Part shown: positions 20,302-29,416 of the stretch, piece after piece
Position numbering within the stretch: position 1 is the first letter of the stretch
How the letters are laid out: each line of letters begins with the position of its first letter
Notes under the pieces: model-generated
The model's input: the letters and a program-made list of their open reading frames with translations, nothing else
What the model was told of the DNA's origin: nothing
The model's database searches: none
From: Acidobacteriota bacterium
GTDB taxonomy: Bacteria; Acidobacteriota; UBA6911; RPQK01; JAJDTT01
DNA length: 64,000 nucleotides
Reading direction: 5' to 3'
NCBI GenBank assembly: GCA_965209055.1
Contig: OZ242374.1
Span: 960,001 to 1,024,000, forward strand
Program-made: the position numbers and the translations under genes

Positions 20302-21831
20302 CTATTCTCCTCCGGCAGGGAACTGCCCCGCCGCGGCGGCGGGGGACAGGCCGTGCACCCGAATCGAAGCCATCGTTTCGTTTCCCGCGTGATCGACAGC
20401 CTCCACCCGAATTCGATTCTCTCCCTCCCGGAGCCGCAGGTCGCAACTGAATTCCGTGTCCCAAGACCGGACCGGCGTTCCGTTGCAAGTCAATCGGGCG
20501 ACCCCGGAGACGGCGTCCTGAACCATCCCCGTCAACCTCAGCCCCCCCTCTACCAGCCGGGACCCGGTCTTGGGCCACGTCACCTCGATGGACGGGGGCT
20601 GCTTGTCCAGCTTGACTTCCAGATCCAGGGAAGCGCTGTTTCCGGCCCGATCGACAGCCATGCCCCTGAGGCGGCGAACCGGCCCTTCGGCGGTGATCTG
20701 CAGGTCGGGAGTCACGCTGGCCAGTCCGGCGAGGTTGTCCCGCGCCTTGAACGAAACGGTCACGTCCGCATTGTGCCAGCCCCGGCGGTTCGGCGGGGGA
20801 GTGGTCTCGACCTGGATGACGGGCGGGGTGCCGTCCACCATGACGGTTCCGGTGACGGGAAACGATGCGGCCCGGTACTCGCCCGGCTTGCGCACGGGAA
20901 TCCTGCCCCGGCGCCGATCGTACACCGTGAGTCTCGTGAGCTGGCCGAAAGCCAGGTAGGGGTAACTCCCGTCGGGCACGAGGCGTCCGGTTCCGTCCGT
21001 GCCGTCCCAGGGACGATTGTTCAAGATTCGGATCACCTCTCCGCTGCCGGGATCCTGAATGAACCGGACATAGTCCAGCGAATAGTGTCCCCGGGCCAGG
21101 ATCTTGAAGGTGATGGACAGGGTGCTGGTGGCCAGCTCCGGAGAAAACGGATCGGGGGAGTCGCGGAAGGCAATGACCGCCAGGTTCTGCCGGCGCACCG
21201 CCCGCTGCGACACCTCCCAGGCCTTCTTCAGGGCATCCATGGCTTTCCGGGAATTGTCGTGCCGGGCGGCTCTCTCCAATTCCCGAAAGGCTCTTTCCAC
21301 CTGCCATTCGTCGGCCAGTCCGACGGCTCCCAACCGCTGGGCCGCTTCGATGGAGGCCCTTGCGATCTCCGTCTGAGCCTCGAGGAGGGTCCTGGCCACC
21401 TGCTGGAAGACCGACTGGGCCTCGCGGTTCCCGCGCACCGATCTGATGCCCCTCTGGAGCCGGCTCAGCGCCCGCTTGTTGTACTTGAAGACCCTCTTTC
21501 CGTCGGGATACGAACGGATCTGACTCCCATCGAGATAAAGGCTCTCTCCCTTGTGGGACAGGCTCTCGGAGATGGCCTCCACGATGTCGTCCACCGAACG
21601 TTTGACGCGCCGGTTGGAATCGGGAAGCTGCCGGAGTCGGAGAATCGCCTCCCGCAAGAGCTCCTGAGGCGACGGACGGGACTCGGTTCCGGCGGCTGAG
21701 GAAATGTCGAATCGAGGCGACGGCTCCGACCCGGCGTGGCCGTCCGGGTTCTGACTCAAGACGGTTTCCGCCGAAATCAGGAGTGGAGACAGGAACAGCC
21801 AAGCCGCCCACCTGCCCGCACGCTGCTCCAT
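20302..21831 (-). CDS. Secreted hypothetical protein: helical domain + FlgD-Ig-like + bacterial Ig-like repeats
   Basis: Signal-like N-terminus; DSPDPFSP...WDGTDGTGRLVPDGSY; DGTPP/DKQPP and AVDRAGN/AVDHAGN Ig motifs. Confidence 0.7.
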   Translation of the reverse strand: MEQRAGRWAAWLFLSPLLISAETVLSQNPDGHAGSEPSPRFDISSAAGTESRPSPQELLREAILRLRQLPDSNRRVKRSVDDIVEAISESLSHKGESLYLDGSQIRSYPDGKRVFKYNKRALSRLQRGIRSVRGNREAQSVFQQVARTLLEAQTEIARASIEAAQRLGAVGLADEWQVERAFRELERAARHDNSRKAMDALKKAWEVSQRAVRRQNLAVIAFRDSPDPFSPELATSTLSITFKILARGHYSLDYVRFIQDPGSGEVIRILNNRPWDGTDGTGRLVPDGSYPYLAFGQLTRLTVYDRRRGRIPVRKPGEYRAASFPVTGTVMVDGTPPVIQVETTPPPNRRGWHNADVTVSFKARDNLAGLASVTPDLQITAEGPVRRLRGMAVDRAGNSASLDLEVKLDKQPPSIEVTWPKTGSRLVEGGLRLTGMVQDAVSGVARLTCNGTPVRSWDTEFSCDLRLREGENRIRVEAVDHAGNETMASIRVHGLSPAAAAGQFPAGGE

Positions 21832-22146
21832 CTTCGACTCCACGACTCTCGAACCATCCCGGTGAGACGCAGCATGAGCGCCCCAGGCGTGGATCATCAG
21901 GTTAGCCCTGTCCGCAACAGTTTGCCAGAGCGCAATCCGCCCCGCCGGGGGCGGCGGCATTCGACTGGGTCTGCATCCCATCGAGAAGGCATATAGATTG
22001 CAACACGCATCTCGCGCTGGATTTCCTCTAGAATGGGCGGCGGGGTCTTGAAGCTCGTCCGCATGACCTGTTGCGACTCCACCGAAGCTAACAAACGCCG
22101 TTCGACGCTATTCGAGTCCAGTGACGCGGACAGCATCAGGGGAGAA

Positions 22147-23007
22147 ATGACGACCACCGAGCAGCGCGGTAAGGCGCGTGCCCTGCGAGAGCTCCATTCG
22201 GACCAAGAAGTTCTTGTGCTACCGAACGTCTGGGATCCGATTGGGGCGCGCGTTCTGGCAGCTAAGGGTTACCCGGCTGTTGCGACCGCCAGCGCGGCGG
22301 TTTCCTCCGCGCTCGGATTCGAAGACGGCGAGAAGATCAGGCGGCAGACGATGCTGGAGATCGTCGCCCGGATCAGCCGCTCCGTAGCCGTTCCGGTGAC
22401 GGCCGACATGGAAACTGGGTACGGGACTTCCCTCGCTGAGTTGGAGGACACCATCCGGTGCCTGCTCGACACGGGGGCCGTTGGGCTCAACATCGAGGAC
22501 AGCCTCGAAGAGGGCGGGTCCCTCCGACCCGTGGATGAACAGGCCGAAAGGATTGCGACGGTACGGGAGACCGCAGCCGCGCAGGGGCTCGACCTCTTGA
22601 TCAATGCTCGAGTGGACGCCTTTTTGTCAGACGGATTCGGCCGAGCAGAGGAGCAAATCGAAGAGACCGTGACGCGCGCCGAGGTCTATGGCAAGGCCGG
22701 CGCCGACTGCATCTACCCGATCGGTCCTAGCGATGCCGAGACTCTCACCGTGCTCCGGTCACGGATCACCCTGCCGTTGAACGCCCTCGCGACCCCGGAT
22801 GCGGTTCCGTTGGAAAGGATGGCGGCGATCGGGATTAACCGCGTCAGTTTTGGACCGTTTATCTTCCGGTCGTGTCTCCGAAAGTTCGTAGACATAGCCG
22901 AAGCGCTTTCACAGTCCGCCGGCTACGAGTGTTTCGGCCGCGAGCTAATGACGGGTTCGGAAGCCTCATTGTACTTGACATCCGAGAGCGAGCAAGATCC
23001 TCGTTAG
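22147..23007 (+). CDS. Isocitrate lyase/PEP mutase family protein
   Basis: VLPNVWD, TASAAV, ADMETGYG, GLNIED, INARVDAF; GGAGAA ribosome-binding site before ATG 22147. Confidence 0.88.
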   Translation: MTTTEQRGKARALRELHSDQEVLVLPNVWDPIGARVLAAKGYPAVATASAAVSSALGFEDGEKIRRQTMLEIVARISRSVAVPVTADMETGYGTSLAELEDTIRCLLDTGAVGLNIEDSLEEGGSLRPVDEQAERIATVRETAAAQGLDLLINARVDAFLSDGFGRAEEQIEETVTRAEVYGKAGADCIYPIGPSDAETLTVLRSRITLPLNALATPDAVPLERMAAIGINRVSFGPFIFRSCLRKFVDIAEALSQSAGYECFGRELMTGSEASLYLTSESEQDPR

Positions 23008-23069
23008 CATATCGTCTACATAACTCTTTTATAGTAAATGGGTTACAGAGATTGTGGAATCAGTCCGGC

Positions 23070-23179
23070 GACTGTGTTGCTCCTCGGTCACATACTCCCG
23101 GCATGTTCCCTCTGACCGCCTTGTCCGGCGGGCGCAGCCCCGGCCCCGGTGCTGCGTGAGACTTTCGCCGCGGACTGTT
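23070..23179 (+). mobile_element. Partial MITE (right portion), same family as 37736-37897
   Basis: Shares GACTGTGTTGC, CACATACTC, CGCCTTGTCCGGCGGGCGCAG and the right end GACTTTCGCCGCGGACTGTT. Confidence 0.7.
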
Positions 23180-23220
23180 AAGATCGGCATTATCCCCAAC
23201 CTGTTCTGTGAGGTGAGACT

Positions 23221-24324
23221 ATGAGCAAGAAATACCGGGTCGCCGTTATTGGCCGAACCAACCGAGGTAACTATGGGCACGGCCTGGACACGGTCTGGCT
23301 GGACATGGACCGGGCGGAGCTGGTCGCCGTCGCAGATGAGGACGAAAAAGGTCTCAAGGAGGCGACTGCCCGGCTTGGCGTCAAGGCCGGCTACTCAGAC
23401 TACCGGGAGATGTTGCGGCAGGAACGTCCTCAGATCGTGAGCGTGGCGCCCCGGTGGCTGGACTGCCACCACGACATGGTGTTGGCCTGCGCCGAGTACG
23501 GAGCCAGCATCTTCCTGGAAAAACCCATGTGCCGGACTCTGGCCGAGGCGGACGCCATGGTGGAGGCCTGCGAACGTTCCCACGTCAAGCTGGCCATCGC
23601 TCACCAGACCCGCTACAGCCCCAAGATCCAGGTGATCAAGGACCTGATCGCCGAGGGACGCCTGGGCCGGGTTCTGGAATTCTGCGGCCGCGGCAAGGAG
23701 GACCGCCGAGGAGGCGGCGAGGATCTGTGGGTCCTGGGGACGCACATCTTCGACCTGATGCGCATTTTCGGGGGAAACGCCCTCTGGTGCTACGCCCGGG
23801 TGACCCAGGACGGACGCCCCGTGACCCGCGCCGACGTGGTCGACGGCGCCGAAGGCATCGGCGCATTGGCCGGAGACCGGGTGGAAGCCATGTACGGCAT
23901 GGAGAACGGCGCGGGCGCCTATTTTTCGAGCCACCGGAACGCGGCCGGGAGACCGACCCGCTTCGGGCTCACGATCCGGGGATCCAAGGGGCTGCTCGAA
24001 ACTTACACCGGTTCGGTTCCGGACGTGCATCTGCTGGAAGACTCCGCGTGGTCGCCGGGCAGGACCGGCTCCAAGTGGATGAGCGTGAGCACCGCTGGAG
24101 TCGGAAAGCCGGAACCGCTGGAAAAGGGGCGTGCCCACCAGGGGAACATCTGGACCTGTGAAGATCTGATCCGGGCGATCGAGGACGATCGAGATCCGAT
24201 CAGCAGCGTCTATGAGGCTCGCGGAGCCACCGAGATGATCGTGGCCGCCTTCGAGTCCCATCGCCAGGGAGGCCCCGTCAAACTGCCCTTGGAGAACCGG
24301 GAGAATCCCCTGCTTTCCCTATGA
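23221..24324 (+). CDS. Gfo/Idh/MocA family oxidoreductase
   Basis: Rossmann VAVIG, EKPM motif, GTHIFDL. Confidence 0.88.
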   Translation: MSKKYRVAVIGRTNRGNYGHGLDTVWLDMDRAELVAVADEDEKGLKEATARLGVKAGYSDYREMLRQERPQIVSVAPRWLDCHHDMVLACAEYGASIFLEKPMCRTLAEADAMVEACERSHVKLAIAHQTRYSPKIQVIKDLIAEGRLGRVLEFCGRGKEDRRGGGEDLWVLGTHIFDLMRIFGGNALWCYARVTQDGRPVTRADVVDGAEGIGALAGDRVEAMYGMENGAGAYFSSHRNAAGRPTRFGLTIRGSKGLLETYTGSVPDVHLLEDSAWSPGRTGSKWMSVSTAGVGKPEPLEKGRAHQGNIWTCEDLIRAIEDDRDPISSVYEARGATEMIVAAFESHRQGGPVKLPLENRENPLLSL

Positions 24325-25073
24325 GCCCCGGCGCGTCGGAGAGGCGGCTCATTTTCGCCCTGGATGTGGCCGGCCGGACCGAGGCGGAGACCCTGGTCGC
24401 CGAGCTGCGGCCTTCCGTGGGCTTCTTCAAGGTGGGCCTCGAACTCTTCGTTTCCGAAGGGCCCGACCTGGTGCGGTGGCTGGTCCGGGAAGAACTGGAC
24501 GTTTTCCTGGACCTCAAGCTGTACGACATCCCGGCGACCATGCGCCGCTCCGTCGCCGCGGCCTCGCGGTTGGGCGCCCGCTTCATCACCATTCACGACG
24601 CGGGAGCCGGAGCGGCGGCCGCCCGGGAGGGAACAGGCGATTCCCGCTTGAAGGTACTCTGCGTCACCCTGCTCACGAGTGTGGATGCCCGGGATTTGCG
24701 AGACAGCGCCGGGACGGGTTCGGGGGGACGGTTCCGGGATTTGGACGAATACGTCGGCTGGAGGGCCCGGACCGCGGTCTCCAACGGCTGCGACGGATTG
24801 ATCTGCTCCGGACAGAATGCACGTCGGCTACGCCGTGAACTGGGCCCGGAACCGATCCTGGTCTGCCCCGGCATCCGGCTCGGCGGAGACCGGCTCGACG
24901 ACCAGAAACGGGTGGTCACCCCCTATCGCGCGGTCCGGGACGGCGCCGACTACCTGGTGGTGGGACGGCCCATCCGCGACGCCGCCGACCCCTCGGCGCA
25001 AGCCCGGAAGATCCTGTCCGAGATGGACCGCGGCCTCCGGGACCGGGAATCCACCGAAGGGTCGGGCGTCTAG
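24321..25073 (+). CDS. pyrF: Orotidine 5'-phosphate decarboxylase
   Basis: ALD, KVGLELF, DLKLYDIPAT, VTLLTS, PGIR, DQKR, VVGRPI. Confidence 0.95.
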   Translation: MSPGASERRLIFALDVAGRTEAETLVAELRPSVGFFKVGLELFVSEGPDLVRWLVREELDVFLDLKLYDIPATMRRSVAAASRLGARFITIHDAGAGAAAAREGTGDSRLKVLCVTLLTSVDARDLRDSAGTGSGGRFRDLDEYVGWRARTAVSNGCDGLICSGQNARRLRRELGPEPILVCPGIRLGGDRLDDQKRVVTPYRAVRDGADYLVVGRPIRDAADPSAQARKILSEMDRGLRDRESTEGSGV

Positions 25074-25104
25074 GATTCTGCGCCGTAGAAATGATCGTTG
25101 TCGA

Positions 25105-25139
25105 GGCGTTCGGAGGCGCCACACCGCCTCCCTGACGCT
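25105..25139 (+). terminator. GC-rich hairpin downstream of pyrF (possible terminator)
   Basis: GGAGGCG/CGCCTCC stem extended by GCGT/ACGC; no U tract. Confidence 0.35.
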
Positions 25140-25428
25140 GTCCCACGCAGTCAATTGAACTGTCGTGAAACGTGTCAAGTTATTGATATGGATCACTCTA
25201 TCCATACAAGGCGGGTGCCGGACGGATGGGAACCCGGCTGATAGCGACTCTCGTCGAGGGCATTCAGAGGCGAGCAAATCCGGATCCGCGCGACCAAAGC
25301 TCTATCGTACATTGGACCCTTCGCGCCGGCCATTGGCTTAACGGGGTTACATCGGTCAATTGGCTGGAGGGACCTGGACAGGTCAGCAGTAGTAGCGCCG
25401 CCCACCTCGCCAGCTCAGGGTCCGGCGG

Positions 25429-25434
25429 TATAAT
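25429..25434 (+). promoter_or_regulatory. Consensus -10 box (TATAAT) 6 nt before the ruvA ATG; leaderless-type promoter
   Basis: GGTATAATCACCGG-ATG with no Shine-Dalgarno sequence. Confidence 0.65.
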
Positions 25435-25440
25435 CACCGG

Positions 25441-26037
25441 ATGATCGCTCGCCTGACCGGCCGCCTCGCGGAGAAGTCGGCCGGCCGCGTCATCGTGGAC
25501 GTTCGCGGGGTCGGATACGAAGTTCACATCCCCTTCTCGACCTACTACGAGCTGGGTTCCGAGTCGGACCCTGTCACCCTCCAAATCTACACTCACGCGA
25601 AAGGGGATCAGCTCAGTCTCTATGGATTCTCCACTGTCAGAGAGAAGGAGCTTTTCACACGCCTCATCCAGGTATCGGGCATCGGTCCTCGACTGGGAAT
25701 CGCCATCCTGTCGGGAATGCCGGTCGACGAGTTTCTGGAGGCCGTCGCGGCCCAGGACCTGGCCCGGCTCTACGCCGTCCCCGGCGTGGGCAAGAAGACG
25801 GCGGGACGGATCGTCCTGGAGATGCGCGACCGGTTGCAGGGGTTGGCGCCGCCAGTGGAGACGGCCGGCATTTCGGGGGTTCCGGCACAGTTGCGGCAGG
25901 ACGTCGTCTCCGCCCTGGTCAACTTGGGCTATCCCAAGAAGATCGCGGAGAGGGCCGTCACCCGGGTGCTCAAACAGGAGAGTCCGGATCGCTTCGAGGA
26001 TCTGCTCAAGAGCACTTTGCGCAAGATCTCCAGGTAA
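25441..26037 (+). CDS. ruvA: Holliday junction branch migration protein RuvA
   Basis: MIARLTG, GVGYEV, LYGF, VSGIGPR, VPGVGKKTA, ALVNLGY. Confidence 0.96.
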   Translation: MIARLTGRLAEKSAGRVIVDVRGVGYEVHIPFSTYYELGSESDPVTLQIYTHAKGDQLSLYGFSTVREKELFTRLIQVSGIGPRLGIAILSGMPVDEFLEAVAAQDLARLYAVPGVGKKTAGRIVLEMRDRLQGLAPPVETAGISGVPAQLRQDVVSALVNLGYPKKIAERAVTRVLKQESPDRFEDLLKSTLRKISR

Positions 26038-26074
26038 CCGGCGGACGGGGCCGGACTTGAAGTAGAGCGTCCAA

Positions 26075-27130
26075 ATGCCGGTGGAAACCGAATCCCAGAG
26101 GAACGGACAGGTGCAGGACCGGATCATGAATCCCCGGCATCAGGAGGAAGAGGTCCTCTACGAGACCGACCTTCGTCCTCGCCGGCTGCGCGACTTTGTC
26201 GGTCAGAACCAGGTGAAGGAGGGGCTCTCCGTCGGCATCGAAGCCGCCCGCCGCCGCGGGGAGGCCCTGGACCACATTCTGATCTTCGGACCTCCCGGGC
26301 TGGGAAAGACGACTCTGGCCCACGTCATCACCCATGAACTCGAAGTCAACTTTCGCTCCACCTCCGGGCCCGCCATCGAGAAGCGAGGAGACCTGGCCGC
26401 CATTCTCACCAACCTGGAGGACAAGGACGTTCTCTTCATCGACGAGATCCACCGGCTCCACCCCGCCATCGAGGAGATCCTCTACCCGGCCATGGAGGAC
26501 TTCCAGATCGACATCATCATCGGCGAAGGCCCGGGCGCCCGCTCCATCAAGATCGACATACCCCGGTTCACGCTGGTGGGTGCCACGACCCGCACCGGAC
26601 TGATCACCTCCCCGCTCCGGGGAAGGTTCGGAATCATACAGCGTCTCGATTTCTACGACGTCGAGAGCCTGGTCTCCATCATCCGCCGGTCCGCGGGAAT
26701 TCTGGGCGTGGAGATCGACCAGAAGGGAGCGGCCGAGGTGGCGCGAAGGAGCCGGGGCACGCCACGGATCGCCAACCGCCTGCTCAAGCGGGTCCGCGAC
26801 TACGCCCAGGTGCGGGCCAACGGAAAGATCTCCCGGGACATCGCCTGCCGGGGTCTGGAACTCATGAACGTGGACCGGTTCGGATTCGACGAGATCGATC
26901 GCAAGCTCATGGACACCATCATCGAACGATTCGACGGCGGCCCCGTCGGCCTGAGCACTCTCTCCGCCGCCATCAGCGAGGAGAAGGGCGCCATCGAGGA
27001 CATCTACGAGCCTTACCTGATTCAGATCGGCTTCATTGCCCGCACTCCCCGGGGCCGCGTGGCCACTCCCCTGGCCTATTCCCACCTGGGCCTCGAAGCG
27101 GCGGCTTCCCAGAAAAGCCTGTTCCGCTGA
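26075..27130 (+). CDS. ruvB: Holliday junction DNA helicase RuvB
   Basis: [39 protein letters not shown]; start could be 26111 or 26126. Confidence 0.97.
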   Translation: MPVETESQRNGQVQDRIMNPRHQEEEVLYETDLRPRRLRDFVGQNQVKEGLSVGIEAARRRGEALDHILIFGPPGLGKTTLAHVITHELEVNFRSTSGPAIEKRGDLAAILTNLEDKDVLFIDEIHRLHPAIEEILYPAMEDFQIDIIIGEGPGARSIKIDIPRFTLVGATTRTGLITSPLRGRFGIIQRLDFYDVESLVSIIRRSAGILGVEIDQKGAAEVARRSRGTPRIANRLLKRVRDYAQVRANGKISRDIACRGLELMNVDRFGFDEIDRKLMDTIIERFDGGPVGLSTLSAAISEEKGAIEDIYEPYLIQIGFIARTPRGRVATPLAYSHLGLEAAASQKSLFR

Positions 27131-27178
27131 CACCGCCGGGACTCAGCGACATTCGCGGCGGGCTGATATCATACGCCC

Positions 27179-28138
27179 GTGTCGAACGGTGCCGGAATCG
27201 CCAGTCTGACGGAGAGATTCAAGGCCCTCCAGTTCTCGGTGGAACGGGTCATCAAGGGCAAGTCCGACGTGGTGGAGTTGGCCGTGGTGACCCTGCTGGC
27301 ACGGGGGCACATGCTGGTGGAGGACGTCCCCGGCGTCGGCAAGACCACCTTGGCCCATGCTCTGGCGCGCTCCGTCGACTGCCGCTTCCAGCGCATCCAG
27401 TTCACCAGCGACCTGCTTCCCTCCGACCTGACCGGGATCTCGGTCTTCAACCAGGTGCACAGGGACTTCGAGTTCCGGCCGGGCCCCCTGTTTGCCAACG
27501 TGGTGCTGGCCGATGAAGTCAACCGCACCACCCCCAGGACCCAGAGCGCCCTGCTCGAGGCCATGAGCGAGGCGAAGATCACGGTGGACAACCACACCCA
27601 CCTGCTGCCTCAGCCCTTCATGGTGATCGCCACCCAGAACCCCATCGAACACCACGGAACGTACCCGCTGCCCGAGTCCCAGTTGGACCGGTTTCTCATG
27701 CGCATCTCCATGGGCTATCCCAGCGAGTCTCACGAAAAGGAGATTCTGCGCTCTTTGGGAGGGTATGACTCCCTTGATCTCGATCCGGTCATCAGCACCG
27801 AGGATCTCCTGAGGGGCCAGGAAGAGGTTCAGGAAGTGAGGTTCGAGGAGACGCTCCTGCAGTACCTCATGGAACTGGTGAGGGCGACCCGGGAATGCGA
27901 GCTCCTGGCCCTGGGAGTGAGCACGAGGGGGGCCATGTTCCTGTATCGGGCGTCCCAGGCGCTGGCCTATTTCCAGGGTAGATCCTTCTGCATTCCGGAC
28001 GACGTCAAACGCTTGGCGGTGCCCGTATTTTCCCACCGCGTCCTGGTCAGTCCCAGACATGCCTCGCCTCTGGAAAAGACCCGGGAAGCCGAATCGATCA
28101 TTGCGGATCTCGTGGACCAGGTCGAGGTCCCGGTCTGA
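27179..28138 (+). CDS. MoxR family AAA ATPase
   Basis: EDVPGVGKT, RIQFTSDLLPSD, DEVNR, ATQNP, GTYPLPESQLDRF. Confidence 0.93.
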   Translation: MSNGAGIASLTERFKALQFSVERVIKGKSDVVELAVVTLLARGHMLVEDVPGVGKTTLAHALARSVDCRFQRIQFTSDLLPSDLTGISVFNQVHRDFEFRPGPLFANVVLADEVNRTTPRTQSALLEAMSEAKITVDNHTHLLPQPFMVIATQNPIEHHGTYPLPESQLDRFLMRISMGYPSESHEKEILRSLGGYDSLDLDPVISTEDLLRGQEEVQEVRFEETLLQYLMELVRATRECELLALGVSTRGAMFLYRASQALAYFQGRSFCIPDDVKRLAVPVFSHRVLVSPRHASPLEKTREAESIIADLVDQVEVPV

Positions 28139-29412
28139 TGATTCGGCGGCTTACGCTGAAATGGGTCCGGGGAGAAATCGTCTGGCCGCTGATTCTACTG
28201 GTGTCCGCGGCGATGCTGGCCGGCCTGAGCGCCACGGCGCGCTGGTCCGGTCAGGGCCATGCCGCGGCATTTCTCGCCCTGGTGTCGCTGATCTTCGCGT
28301 CCCTGGCCGCCGTGACGCTGGCGCCGTACGTGTTGTCCCGTTACCGCAAAGACCTGCGGGAGAGGATTCCCACGCTTTCCATCACTCATCGCGGGGCCTT
28401 CTTCCTGCTGTTGGTGACCGTGTTGGGATTCTCGTCCATGAACTCGGGCAACAACCTGCTGGTTCTGCTGCTCTCTCTCCTGCTGGCCGCGCTGCTGGTT
28501 TCGGGACTGCTTTCCGCGTTGGTCCTGTACGGCTTGAAGGTGAGCATCAGCGTGCCGGAGACAATCCGGGCCCACGACACCGCCACCTGCTTCGTCACTC
28601 TGCATAACCTGAAGCGCTGGATCCCGTCCTTCGCGCTGAAGCTGAGAGGCCGTCAAAAACGGGACAAGGATCCCGAACCGGCGACGGATTTCTTCACCCG
28701 GGAGAAGGCCTTTCCCTACATCGGCGTCGGTTCCGACCTGAAGTTGACCCTGAAGTGCCTGTTCCGCCGGCGCGGCTCCTATCCGGTCGATGGCTTCGAG
28801 ATCGGCACCAAGTTCCCCTTCGGCCTCTTTCATCGCAAGAGAACGCTGCGAACCCAGGGCTCCATCCTGGTCTACCCCGCGCTGATGAACCTGCGGACCC
28901 TGTTCTTCATCTATCCCGAGTTGGCTGGGGCGGAGGCCCTGAACCTGAGAGGCCACGGCGACAGCCTCTACGGGATCCGAAGGTACCAGAGCGGCGACAG
29001 CGCCCGGCTGGTGGACTGGAAGTCGACCGCCAGGTTGGATCAGCTCATGGTCCGGGACTTCGTCGCCGAGAATCAGAACCTGATCGATCTGACGTTTCAT
29101 CCCGAACTGAACGATCTCTCTCCCCGCAGCCTGGAACAGTTCGAAAAAGGGGTCTCTTGCGTGGCGGCCCTGGGAGACCATTACTGGCGAATGAGCCAGA
29201 AGTTCCGATTCACTTGCGGAGAGACTCTGGTTCTCGTCGACGGGCGCAGGAACGGCTATGAACGGTTCATGGAGTGCCTGGCGCTGGTCCAGCCGGTGAG
29301 CCGCCGCCCGGAGACCCTCCAGAATAGGCCGGCGCGAAACGGCATCGAGGTTGCCGCGGGACATCGGTGGGTTCCGCCGGGTTCCGTGGCCATAGACTAC
29401 TTGCGGATTTGA
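28138..29412 (+). CDS. DUF58 domain membrane protein
   Basis: N-terminal TM helices, FPFGLF, RRYQSGD, VDWKSTAR, MVRDF. Confidence 0.88.
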   Translation: MIRRLTLKWVRGEIVWPLILLVSAAMLAGLSATARWSGQGHAAAFLALVSLIFASLAAVTLAPYVLSRYRKDLRERIPTLSITHRGAFFLLLVTVLGFSSMNSGNNLLVLLLSLLLAALLVSGLLSALVLYGLKVSISVPETIRAHDTATCFVTLHNLKRWIPSFALKLRGRQKRDKDPEPATDFFTREKAFPYIGVGSDLKLTLKCLFRRRGSYPVDGFEIGTKFPFGLFHRKRTLRTQGSILVYPALMNLRTLFFIYPELAGAEALNLRGHGDSLYGIRRYQSGDSARLVDWKSTARLDQLMVRDFVAENQNLIDLTFHPELNDLSPRSLEQFEKGVSCVAALGDHYWRMSQKFRFTCGETLVLVDGRRNGYERFMECLALVQPVSRRPETLQNRPARNGIEVAAGHRWVPPGSVAIDYLRI

Positions 29413-29416
29413 CGCC

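Noticed and set aside
19037-21811. 924-aa ORF suggesting a giant PQQ-propeller fusion
   Set aside because: The first ~500 aa are an off-frame reading of the 20302-21831 gene; the real protein starts with a signal peptide at 20299
25193-25444. Small ORFs (70-72 aa) in the pyrF-ruvA spacer
   Set aside because: No ribosome-binding site, atypical composition and no recognisable motif
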